64,000 nucleotides of DNA from NCBI GenBank assembly GCA_045601665.1, contig JAZRZZ010000010.1, positions 100,370 to 164,369 of the forward strand. Reading direction: 5' to 3'. Position numbers and translations under genes: made by a program. How positions within the stretch are numbered: position 1 is the stretch's first letter; every line of letters begins with the position of its first letter. Under the pieces are notes generated by a model, which was not told the DNA's origin, made no database searches, and saw only the letters and a program-made list of their open reading frames with translations. Of this stretch, positions 48,083 through 55,894 are shown piece by piece. The DNA is from Lachnospiraceae bacterium (GTDB taxonomy: Bacteria; Bacillota; Clostridia; Lachnospirales; Lachnospiraceae).

Positions 48083-48117
48083 ATAACCCGTGGAGAATTT
48101 CTTCACGGGTTATTTTA
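48083..48117. terminator. Bidirectional hairpin terminator (SNF2 gene on +, minus-strand islet on -)
   Basis: ATAACCCGTG-N11-CACGGGTTAT followed by TTTAAAAT, with an A-rich sequence on the opposite side. Confidence 0.7.
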
Positions 48118-48142
48118 AAATCTCACAGAGAAATTGGAATTT

Positions 48143-48208
48143 GACGATGCAATCGCCTTCGGCGATTCGCAACGTCAGTTGCGGAACTTTCGAAGAAAGT
48201 GCATCGTC
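48143..48208. other. Compact cloverleaf-like inverted-repeat cluster (9-bp closing stem plus three hairpins)
   Basis: GACGATGCA (48143-51) pairs with TGCATCGTC (48200-08). Inside are ATCGCC/GGCGAT, CGCAAC-gtca-GTTGCG and ACTTT-cgaag-AAAGT, with almost no unpaired linkers. Confidence 0.4.
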
Positions 48209-48246
48209 AGTGAGGAAAATGCGTAGCATTTTTCGAACCTGTTCCA

Positions 48247-48834
48247 CTATCTCAAACCGTTTGCAAAAACCCATGAATAAAACATCTCTTTTGGTGGCTT
48301 TGTATATTCATAATCAATAAGAGACGGTATAGTCTCTATAATGTTTATGGTTTGTTCAAGTACCTCATTGATTGATTTACCTGCGACATCAATTTCAACT
48401 TCGTTAATAAGAGGATTTCGCCTTATATTTTTCTCATTCATCTTTTCCTGCAATTCATAATCTATAAGCCCGTTATTTGGCCTATTTTTCATCTGTTCCT
48501 GAATTTGAGGCAAATCGCTACATATAAGTTTTATTGTGATAAAATCCGTTCCTTTAAAAACAACAGGAATATCTGCCGTTCTCAAATCATCTATATCAGA
48601 TGCAATTATATTTTTATAACCAAGCTTATGAAAACACATAAGCATTGCCACTTGATTTTCCCAGCAAGTAAGCTCTTCAAGCTCTCCTGTCATAGGTTCT
48701 TTGCCATCTCGTGATATAAACTCTGGTACCATATGCTGCTCAACACATGTTGTTTTATAGTGCTCAAGCAAGCCGTTACATAGGGTGGTTTTGCCTATAC
48801 CACTTGCTCCTGTAATAAAAATAAAATCTTTCAT
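48247..48834 (-). CDS. P-loop NTPase / small-molecule-kinase-like protein of unknown function
   Basis: Walker A ITGASGIGKTT in the first 20 residues. 195 aa. The gene is visibly AT-rich relative to its neighbours. RBS GAGGAA. Confidence 0.7.
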   Translation of the reverse strand: MKDFIFITGASGIGKTTLCNGLLEHYKTTCVEQHMVPEFISRDGKEPMTGELEELTCWENQVAMLMCFHKLGYKNIIASDIDDLRTADIPVVFKGTDFITIKLICSDLPQIQEQMKNRPNNGLIDYELQEKMNEKNIRRNPLINEVEIDVAGKSINEVLEQTINIIETIPSLIDYEYTKPPKEMFYSWVFANGLR

Positions 48835-48850
48835 CTTTGTTTCCTCGTCA

Positions 48851-48886
48851 ATTCTTATTTATCTGTTCGACCTATTCTTATTTATC
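48851..48886 (-). repeat. Two 13-bp direct repeats in the 5' leader of the P-loop gene
   Basis: ATTCTTATTTATC occurs at 48851-48863 and 48874-48886 (23-bp period), between the predicted promoter and the RBS. Confidence 0.6.
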
Positions 48887-48892
48887 AAACTG

Positions 48893-48921
48893 ATTATAGC
48901 AAATATATCATAAGTGTTCAA
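48893..48921 (-). promoter_or_regulatory. Sigma-A type promoter of the P-loop gene
   Basis: The minus strand reads TTGAAC, 17 nt spacer, TATAAT. Confidence 0.6.
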
Positions 48922-48937
48922 TGTCATAAGCAACTCA

Positions 48938-48970
48938 AAACCACTTTTGAAACAATATCAAAAGTGGTTT
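48938..48970 (-). terminator. Hairpin terminator after the cupin gene
   Basis: AAACCACTTTTGA-N7-TCAAAAGTGGTTT is a perfect 13-bp stem, with TTTTGAG following on the minus strand. Confidence 0.7.
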
Positions 48971-49039
48971 CGTAATACTTCTATATAGCCGTCGCACTAA
49001 TACCCAAGTTTTTTCTCGGGGGGTGTTGGGCACAGACCA

Positions 49040-49402
49040 TTAGGTTTTGTTTCTGTAAGCGTATGAAAAATCAATTGGAGGAGTCGTAATGGATAGGTAT
49101 ACGAACGGAAGATCACTGTTGTTTTTGAAACCGTGAATATCACATGCTGCAAATCGAACCACATCGCCTGCGGAAAAAGGCTGTTCGCTGTTCTGCAGCA
49201 AGAGAGTTCCGGAACCTTGTAGTGCATACCATATTTGTTCCGATACATCGTGCATATGTCTTGGCTGTACAGCGCCCGGTTCTAGGTGTACTTCGGTAAT
49301 CGTCACACGCTTGGAGGAAGAATTCTCAGGGGATAGAAGTTGGCGAGAACATACCCCGGGATTGGAGAAAATGGCTATGCTTTCTTTGTGTATGAATTCC
49401 AT
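49040..49402 (-). CDS. Cupin domain protein
   Basis: About 120 aa with the cupin motif pattern (VHLEPGAVQPRHMHDVSEQIWYALQGSGTLL ... GDVVRFAACDIHGFKN). The ATG at 49402 follows GGAGG. Confidence 0.75.
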   Translation of the reverse strand: MEFIHKESIAIFSNPGVCSRQLLSPENSSSKRVTITEVHLEPGAVQPRHMHDVSEQIWYALQGSGTLLLQNSEQPFSAGDVVRFAACDIHGFKNNSDLPFVYLSITTPPIDFSYAYRNKT

Positions 49403-49469
49403 GGATTGACCTCCGTAATGGATATATAGGGAGAAAGAGATAATAATCAAAGCAAATAAAAGAGAAACA

Positions 49470-49583
49470 AAGCCGCATTTGACTTGTGATATTACGCCCT
49501 TAAAGTAGTCTTGAAAACTTCTTGTTTTTTAAGTGTCTACTTTAAGGGGATTATATCAGACTCGAAGGTCATGTGCGGCTTTA
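49470..49583. repeat. Nested long-range inverted repeats between the zinc-ribbon gene and the cupin gene
   Basis: The outer pair is AAAGCCGCA (49470-78) with TGCGGCTTT (49575-83). The inner pair is CCCTTAAAGTAG (49498-509) with CTACTTTAAGGG (49538-49). Confidence 0.5.
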
Positions 49584-49616
49584 AATGCAATGTTGTGTTT
49601 TGGTGACTCTAAGAAC

Positions 49617-51929
49617 TCAATCATCCAAATACTTGTTATAATATTTGTGAACCAAATTGTCGAGAAAGGATTCGTTGAGCTCGCCGAAGTTATCCTGCAA
49701 CAGTTTCTTGATTCCGTCAATCTTAAGATTAAAATTTTCATCCGATGATGCATCTGCTTTCTCGAACGTCTTCACTGTAGCGGTTGTGACATTCAAAAGC
49801 AACCAACTGTTGAAGAGAAGAGTCAACTGACGACCGTTCATTGAAACGATGAAGTTCGAATTGCGTATTTCATTCGGATTCACGGTCTTCTTCATTGAGG
49901 AAGGAACGTTGTCAACGAAAAGATTGGTAACCTCGTCCGCATTTGTCAATCTCATATAAGAGAGATTCTTCGGTACAGCAACCGATTCGGGAAGAACACC
50001 CTTTTTGCCCTTTTTATACTTGGAATAGTCAGACACGGTGCGAGGTTTATAAAATGCGAATTCTTCTTCGTTCTTTGTGTTAGGAGTATAGTCCGGAACA
50101 AAGCCCGCAAAATTATCAAGCTCGTCGGTATCTTCAAAGACAATTTTCTTTCCGTTTCCGAATTCCTTTTCGAGGTTGGCTTTGCGAACACGCTCTTTGG
50201 TGATCTGTGCATCAAGAAGATCATGTTCGGCCTTACGCTCGCGTACGCGTTTTTTGAATTCCTCGTAAGCAGCATCGCTTTGGGAGTCTTCGTTGTCAGA
50301 GTCCGTTGTCATGGAATAGTCCGGAACAAAGCCGTGGAAGCCTTCCGTCAACTCGTCGGTATCTGCAATGTCAAATTTGCGCTTCGGACGCTGGGTAAAG
50401 GCCTTGTCGACTTCTTTGTTCGGATCTGCAAAAGAAGAGCTACTGTTGGGGATGAAGCTTTCTTCTGAAATTGCGGAAGCGTCACCGATAACCTCTTCAA
50501 TAATGTCATAATCTACAGGAACCGTAATCTTTGTGTCCTGAATATCGGTAGGACGAAGCGGGACAGATTCGTAATCGGAGGTGTCTCTTGTGTAAAGGTT
50601 ACGATCCGGAAGGATTTCTTCCACGACAGAGCCCGCAGGTTCGTTGTCAAAAGTATCCTCGACTCTCTGATTCTTTGCCATAGAAGCCTTTTTGAAATTG
50701 GCAAGAAAATCAGAAAACGCATTGAAATCATCGTCCTCCGACTCTTCGGAAGCTTCCATAGAAGGGGTGTCCGTGGTCTCGTAAGGGAAGGACGGCGTTT
50801 CTGCTGTATCGTATGCAGAAACGTTATCTACAGCTTCAAATTGGTGGAATGAATTCGTCGTTTCTTCGAAGCCGAAGTTCTCCGATGATGCGAGAGGAGT
50901 GGCAATGGAATCTACAATGTTGTGATCGTCAAATTCTTCTTCTTGCACACGTTCTACTTCGACAAAAATCGGTTCCGGATCGTCCTGCTTCTCCGGTTGT
51001 GCAAAAGGCGATGCAAATAAACCGGAAAAAACGGAAGAGTCTTCGTCGTTAGAATCGTTTTCAGCAAAGGCTTCTTCAGCAGACGCATCCTCTTCGGAAA
51101 CAGAATCCGAGGCGAGATCGTCTGTCGTCGTCTCTTCTCTGTCAAAGAAAGAGGTTTCTGTGGTTTCGGGCTCTTCATTGGAGTCGGACTCCATGGAGAA
51201 CACGGTGTCATCCGTGACATCGGCAACTTCGATGGACTCCTGTGCTTCAACAGCAGTTGAAAACTCGTTGGATTCGGTTGCTGTCGCCGCATCCATTGTG
51301 TCGGGAGCGGTTACGAACGCGATATCCTCGGAAGGAGCACTCTCCTCTACAGGAGCAGGGGCATCGCTTGTAGCGGTTACATCCTCGGAAGGAGCACTCT
51401 CCTCTGCCGGAGCAGAGTCATCGTTTGTAGCGGTTACATCCTCGGAAGGAGCAATCTCCTCTGCCGGAGCAGAGTCATCGCTTGCAGCGGTTACATCCTC
51501 GGAGGGAGCAATTTCCTCTGCCGAAGCAGGGTCATCGCTTGCAGCGGTTGCATCCACGGAAGGAGTGACCTCCTCTGCCGGAGCGGGAGCGGGAGCTTCC
51601 GGTGCCTGCGGGGGAGCGGAAGAAGTACTCTCGTTATTTTTCTTCTTCTTAGATTCTACCAAAAAAGCCGTAAACATCTTAAATGCCCGTTTGGTATCCG
51701 GTTTCTCTACATAAATCTTGTAGGTATTTTCACGCATGGAATATTCGTAGTAACCGTTCATTCCTTGTCCGGTCATATATTCAACAAAGCTCTGCGCAGC
51801 ATCTTCTTTCTGAAAAGCAAATACGGAAACGGTTTCAATCGTTGTTCCTTCAAGCAGAGGTGTGTTGCAATCGGTACACATTGTGGTACCATTGGGATAT
51901 TCCTTTTTGCAAATAGGACAATAAGGCAT
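49617..51929 (-). CDS. Zinc-ribbon protein with long acidic low-complexity region, unknown function
   Basis: The ATG at 51929 follows GGAGGA. The N-terminus MPYCPICKKEYPNGTTMCTDCNTPL is a 4-Cys ribbon, followed by a small alpha/beta module. About 500 aa of D/E/S/T/P-rich sequence with 19-aa repeats comes next, then a structured C-terminal region of about 130 aa. Confidence 0.7.
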   Translation of the reverse strand: MPYCPICKKEYPNGTTMCTDCNTPLLEGTTIETVSVFAFQKEDAAQSFVEYMTGQGMNGYYEYSMRENTYKIYVEKPDTKRAFKMFTAFLVESKKKKNNESTSSAPPQAPEAPAPAPAEEVTPSVDATAASDDPASAEEIAPSEDVTAASDDSAPAEEIAPSEDVTATNDDSAPAEESAPSEDVTATSDAPAPVEESAPSEDIAFVTAPDTMDAATATESNEFSTAVEAQESIEVADVTDDTVFSMESDSNEEPETTETSFFDREETTTDDLASDSVSEEDASAEEAFAENDSNDEDSSVFSGLFASPFAQPEKQDDPEPIFVEVERVQEEEFDDHNIVDSIATPLASSENFGFEETTNSFHQFEAVDNVSAYDTAETPSFPYETTDTPSMEASEESEDDDFNAFSDFLANFKKASMAKNQRVEDTFDNEPAGSVVEEILPDRNLYTRDTSDYESVPLRPTDIQDTKITVPVDYDIIEEVIGDASAISEESFIPNSSSSFADPNKEVDKAFTQRPKRKFDIADTDELTEGFHGFVPDYSMTTDSDNEDSQSDAAYEEFKKRVRERKAEHDLLDAQITKERVRKANLEKEFGNGKKIVFEDTDELDNFAGFVPDYTPNTKNEEEFAFYKPRTVSDYSKYKKGKKGVLPESVAVPKNLSYMRLTNADEVTNLFVDNVPSSMKKTVNPNEIRNSNFIVSMNGRQLTLLFNSWLLLNVTTATVKTFEKADASSDENFNLKIDGIKKLLQDNFGELNESFLDNLVHKYYNKYLDD
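51305..51595 (-). repeat. In-frame 57-bp tandem repeat, about five copies
   Basis: The copies encode APAEE(I/S/V)(A/T)PSEDVTA(A/T)(S/N)DD(S/P)-type 19-aa units and are near-identical at the DNA level. Confidence 0.85.
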
Positions 51930-51989
51930 ATGTATTCCTCCAATCATTGATTTGAGTCAAATAGAAATGATTTTTTTCATATAACATTT

Positions 51990-52018
51990 ATTATATACAA
52001 ATGTGCTTGTATTTTCAA
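51990..52018 (-). promoter_or_regulatory. Sigma-A type promoter of the large zinc-ribbon gene
   Basis: The minus strand reads TTGAAA, 17 nt spacer, TATAAT. Confidence 0.6.
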
Positions 52019-52066
52019 TAAAAAAACAAGAATAATGCGATTTTTTTGTTGGAAAAGCAAGCAATC

Positions 52067-53023
52067 TTATTCTTCTTCGAACAATCGGGAAAAATGTTCC
52101 TCTGTAAGGAAGGAAACGATGGAAGGATCGGCGTTCGGAAAGGCCTCATGAAGTGCTTTTTCCATGTATTCCTGACAGAGTAGCAAGCGTTCTTCCTCAG
52201 TGTCGGTTTCGGGAAGCTTTGTACAAATAAAATCTTTTGTCAAAGACGACTGCTGCCAGTCTCGAATGCGTTTGAGAAGAGCGGTTTCTTCGGCAACCGC
52301 CGCCTTTTGTGCGGGATAAGCACGAAGTGTATAGATCCCGCAGGCAATCAAAGCCAAGAAGACTAGTCCCATAACAATCTGTGCAAACAGAGAGTTGAAG
52401 TAAGGAAAGATATCAAAGTAGGCAAGGCCTACCAGAACGAGGCCAATGAGTCCGAGAACTAACAGCATAATACCGGTGCTGAGTGAGTCCTTTGCTTTGA
52501 AATCCGCAGAAGTGTATTCCGTTTGACCACCTGAGCGTAGGTTGATCTGTGTCATCTCCTGTACGGAACTTTCCTCCATGAGTTCATTGAAAAAAGATTC
52601 CTCTGCTGCTTCTAAGGGCTCCGACTCCGATTCGGGCAAAGCCTTCTCGGAAGCTTCGGAATCCTCTTCTGCATCGAATTCGGAAAGATTATCTTCTGCT
52701 TCGTATTGTGATAGAGCTCTGTCAGTTGAGGAACGACCGGATTCTACAGAGATAAAAACCGCATAGGCACGTCGGATTCGCATTGTGTCATCGGCAGAGG
52801 CGTACAATTCGAACCGATCGGTCTCTGGATTTTTGATAACTTCCGTCGCGATCTTGGAATAATTCAAATATTCCAAGAAACGTTTTAAGACACGCTCGCT
52901 CTTATAGGTATATACGAGTTCCATATTTGTTTCTGACACGGTATCCTCCAAAGGAGTTCCGCAATCCGCACATACGGTAATGCCGTCTTCGTATTCGGTG
53001 TGACATTTGGGACAATAGGCCAT
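52067..53023 (-). CDS. Zinc-ribbon membrane protein, paralog of the downstream gene, unknown function
   Basis: The ATG at 53023 follows GGAGGA. The N-terminus MAYCPKCHTEYEDGITVCADCGTPL is followed by the same small alpha/beta module, an acidic linker, two TM helices and a C-terminal helical tail similar to that of the 771-aa paralog. Confidence 0.7.
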   Translation of the reverse strand: MAYCPKCHTEYEDGITVCADCGTPLEDTVSETNMELVYTYKSERVLKRFLEYLNYSKIATEVIKNPETDRFELYASADDTMRIRRAYAVFISVESGRSSTDRALSQYEAEDNLSEFDAEEDSEASEKALPESESEPLEAAEESFFNELMEESSVQEMTQINLRSGGQTEYTSADFKAKDSLSTGIMLLVLGLIGLVLVGLAYFDIFPYFNSLFAQIVMGLVFLALIACGIYTLRAYPAQKAAVAEETALLKRIRDWQQSSLTKDFICTKLPETDTEEERLLLCQEYMEKALHEAFPNADPSIVSFLTEEHFSRLFEEE

Positions 53024-53192
53024 AATGATTTCCTCCATACAATCTATAAATAAAATTATACTGCAAGGAACAAAAAATCGCAAGAAAAACATATGCAAAT
53101 GCTTTTTTTTATGGTATTCTATTGTTGTTTATATAGCGTCGGAGAAGGTGCTCTGACGACAGGAAGAGAATAATAAATTGCGGAGATGAGTT

Positions 53193-55109
53193 ATGAAACA
53201 GCTGGCCCTTTCGGATGAAATTTTATTGCAGGTAGAAAAACCGGCACGATATATCGGCGGAGAGATCAATATGATAGAAAAAGATCCGTCAAAGGTGGAG
53301 ATACGATTCTGTATGTGTTTCCCGGATGTCTACGAGGTGGGGATGTCACATCTCGGAATCCAAATTTTATACGACATGTTAAATCGTAGGGAGGATACAT
53401 ATTGTGAGCGTGTGTATTCCCCTTGGGTAGATTTGGATCGCACGATGCGCGAGAAAAAGATTCCGCTGTTTGCACTGGAGTCGCAGGATCCGATACGTGA
53501 ATTTGACTTTTTGGGAATCACGCTTCAATACGAAATGTGCTATACGAACGTGTTGCAGGTGCTTGATCTGTCGGGAATTCCTTTGCGTGCAAAGGATCGT
53601 GGGGAAGACGATCCGATTGTGATCGGAGGAGGACCCTGTGCGTACAATCCGGAACCGATTGCGGATTTTTTTGATTTCTTCTATATCGGAGAGGGAGAGA
53701 CGGCATATGACGAGATTTTGAATCTATACAAGGAAAATAAGTTGGCAGGAGGAAGCCGTGCGGATTATCTTCGTAAAGTTGCAACGATACAAGGCATGTA
53801 TGTTCCCTCTTTGTATGAAGTGACATACCATGAGGACGGAACCATTGCATCCTTTGTACCGAAGGCTACCGGGGTACCTGCAAGGATATGCAAGCAGGTA
53901 GAGACAGCGCTTAGTGACACCTTTTATCCTGAGAAGCCGCTCGTTCCCTTTCTGCAGATTGTGCAGGATCGTGTGGTACTGGAGATTCAGCGTGGATGCA
54001 TTCGCGGTTGTCGATTCTGTCAGGCGGGCATGATATATCGACCGATTCGTGAACGAGCTGTGAATCGGTTGAAGGAACTTGCACAAAAGATGATCGATGC
54101 TACCGGACAAGACGAAATCTCTTTGAGTTCCCTGAGCTCCAGTGACTATTCTTGCTTACCGGAGTTAGTGTACCATTTGATTGATACGTATAGGGACAAG
54201 AATGTAAATATCTCATTGCCATCGTTGCGTATTGATGCATTTTCCTTGGATGTAATGAGCAAAGTACAGGACGTCAATAAGAGTAGTCTTACTTTTGCAC
54301 CGGAGGCCGGGACGCAACGCATGCGAGATGTAATCAATAAAGGTTTGACGGAAGAGGATATTCTAACCGGTGCCGGAAGGGCTTTTGAAGGCGGTTGGAA
54401 TAAGGTGAAGCTGTATTTTATGCTCGGACTGCCAACAGAAGGTGAGGAAGATGTGCGCGGTATCGCCGAGCTGGCAGAGAAGGTATGTGAGGAATATTAT
54501 CGTATCCCCAAAGAGCGAAGAAACGGAAAGGTTTCGGTTAATGTTAGCACGTCATATTTTATTCCAAAGCCGTTCACACCGTTTGCGTGGGCACCGATGG
54601 TGAAAAAGGAGACCTTTTTGGAGCGTCAAAGATTGCTGCAGCATACGATTCGCGAGCAGTTGAACCAAAAAAGCATCGTATATCACTGGCACGATGCCGA
54701 GACAAGCGAGCTTGAGGGGATTCTTGCAAGAGGGGATCGTAAGCTGTGCGATGTGATTGAGCGAGTATATCGCCGCGGTTGTATCTATGATGCGTGGACC
54801 GAGCATTTTCGATATGAGATATGGAAAGAAGTAATGGAGGAATGTGGGGTTACTGTAGAATTTTATAACACAAGAGAACGCGAGGAGTCAGAGATTCTCC
54901 CGTGGGACCACATTGATATCGGTGTTTCGAGAAAGTTTTTGTATCGTGAGTATGAGAGGGCAAAGAAGGAAGAGATTACACCGAATTGTCGGAGGAAATG
55001 TGCCGGATGCGGTGCGGCGGTGTTTGGCTGTGGCGTGTGTGTCGAAGAACGAAATGCCGATGGTACCAGTGTGAATTATGACGGAAAGGATACGGGGGTG
55101 AACGGATGA
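53193..55109 (+). CDS. B12-binding-domain radical SAM protein (TIGR03960-like)
   Basis: CxxxCxxC (CIRGCRFCQAG). 638 aa. Followed by a DUF2344 partner gene, as in the conserved pair. Confidence 0.82.
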   Translation: MKQLALSDEILLQVEKPARYIGGEINMIEKDPSKVEIRFCMCFPDVYEVGMSHLGIQILYDMLNRREDTYCERVYSPWVDLDRTMREKKIPLFALESQDPIREFDFLGITLQYEMCYTNVLQVLDLSGIPLRAKDRGEDDPIVIGGGPCAYNPEPIADFFDFFYIGEGETAYDEILNLYKENKLAGGSRADYLRKVATIQGMYVPSLYEVTYHEDGTIASFVPKATGVPARICKQVETALSDTFYPEKPLVPFLQIVQDRVVLEIQRGCIRGCRFCQAGMIYRPIRERAVNRLKELAQKMIDATGQDEISLSSLSSSDYSCLPELVYHLIDTYRDKNVNISLPSLRIDAFSLDVMSKVQDVNKSSLTFAPEAGTQRMRDVINKGLTEEDILTGAGRAFEGGWNKVKLYFMLGLPTEGEEDVRGIAELAEKVCEEYYRIPKERRNGKVSVNVSTSYFIPKPFTPFAWAPMVKKETFLERQRLLQHTIREQLNQKSIVYHWHDAETSELEGILARGDRKLCDVIERVYRRGCIYDAWTEHFRYEIWKEVMEECGVTVEFYNTREREESEILPWDHIDIGVSRKFLYREYERAKKEEITPNCRRKCAGCGAAVFGCGVCVEERNADGTSVNYDGKDTGVNG

Positions 55110-55894
55110 GAACGAGAATACGTTTTGCAAAATACGGACGGATGCGTTTTTTGGGACATCTCGATGTGATGCGCTATATGCAAAAGGCATTTCGAAGAAG
55201 CGGACTTCGACTTTTGTTCAGCGAAGGATATCATCCGCACCCAATCATGAGCTTTGCGCAGCCGTTGTCGCTTTCGTTGACAAGCGATGGGGAATACTTT
55301 GATGTGGAGTTTGAGGAACGGTATTCGGAAGAGACGATTTATAAGCGTCTGCAGGCTACAATGTGTGACGGAATTTCCATTACAAAGGTGTCGATTCTTC
55401 CGGATTATATTCCGCATCAAAAGAAGACGACCGGGATGTCGTTAATCGCGGGAGCAATGTATGTGCTTGAAGCACGAGAAGGCGTTGAGGGGGCGTTTCG
55501 TGAGGCACTTGAGAATATGGCAAAGGCCGAACGGTATATGATGATGAAGAAGACGAAAAAGGGAGAGCGGGAGTGTGATGTGAGAGGAGGAATTCACGGC
55601 CTTTGGCTATGTGACGATGCATTGCAAGTTATATGTAACGACGGTGTATTCGAGTTTAATCAGGCGCTGTTCGAAGAAGGTAGCCGACATAGCATACATC
55701 ATTCCGAGGCATTTCGTTTTGTAGCCGCTTTGGACGCGGGAAGTGAAAACAACATTTCTGCGGAATTGTTGGTGGAGGCATTATGTAAAGCAGGAGGAAT
55801 CGCGTATCGACCGCTGATGTTTTATATTCATCGCATGGAACTGTTCGGTTGCGCGGAGGAAGGGCATATGGTACCGCTATGGAAAATGGATTGA
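55106..55894 (+). CDS. Radical SAM-associated protein (DUF2344 / TIGR03936-like)
   Basis: N-terminus RIRFAKYGRMRFLGHLDVMRYMQKAFRRSGL is typical of this family. The start overlaps the upstream stop (ATGA). Confidence 0.8.
   Translation: MRTRIRFAKYGRMRFLGHLDVMRYMQKAFRRSGLRLLFSEGYHPHPIMSFAQPLSLSLTSDGEYFDVEFEERYSEETIYKRLQATMCDGISITKVSILPDYIPHQKKTTGMSLIAGAMYVLEAREGVEGAFREALENMAKAERYMMMKKTKKGERECDVRGGIHGLWLCDDALQVICNDGVFEFNQALFEEGSRHSIHHSEAFRFVAALDAGSENNISAELLVEALCKAGGIAYRPLMFYIHRMELFGCAEEGHMVPLWKMD

Noticed and set aside
48143-48208. Hammerhead ribozyme or tRNA-like interpretation of the cloverleaf element
   Set aside because: A CUGACGA string on the minus strand resembles the hammerhead CUGANGA core. 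However, the required GAAA and stem II/III geometry do not fit. The loops of 3-5 nt and the lack of D/T-loop consensus exclude a tRNA.
48090-48320. 76-aa + strand ORF spanning the intergenic region into the P-loop gene
   Set aside because: It has no RBS, starts inside the terminator hairpin and overlaps the 3' end of a better-supported minus-strand gene.
51305-51595. CRISPR-like repeat array
   Set aside because: The repeats are directly abutting 57-bp units with no spacers. They are in frame inside a long ORF and no cas genes are nearby. This is a coding tandem repeat.
51160-51714. 184-aa + strand ORF rich in Ser/Ala/Gly
   Set aside because: It is the antisense mirror of the acidic repeat region of the minus-strand gene. 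Its low-complexity composition is an artefact of the repeats.
48036-53192. Interpretation of the accessory stretch as a phage-defence island, toxin-antitoxin locus or mobile element
   Set aside because: I could not recognise any integrase, transposase, nuclease, methyltransferase, reverse transcriptase, Cas protein or typical toxin/antitoxin pair. There are also no flanking direct repeats beyond a 7-bp ATTTGAC coincidence. I report it only as uncharacterised accessory genes.
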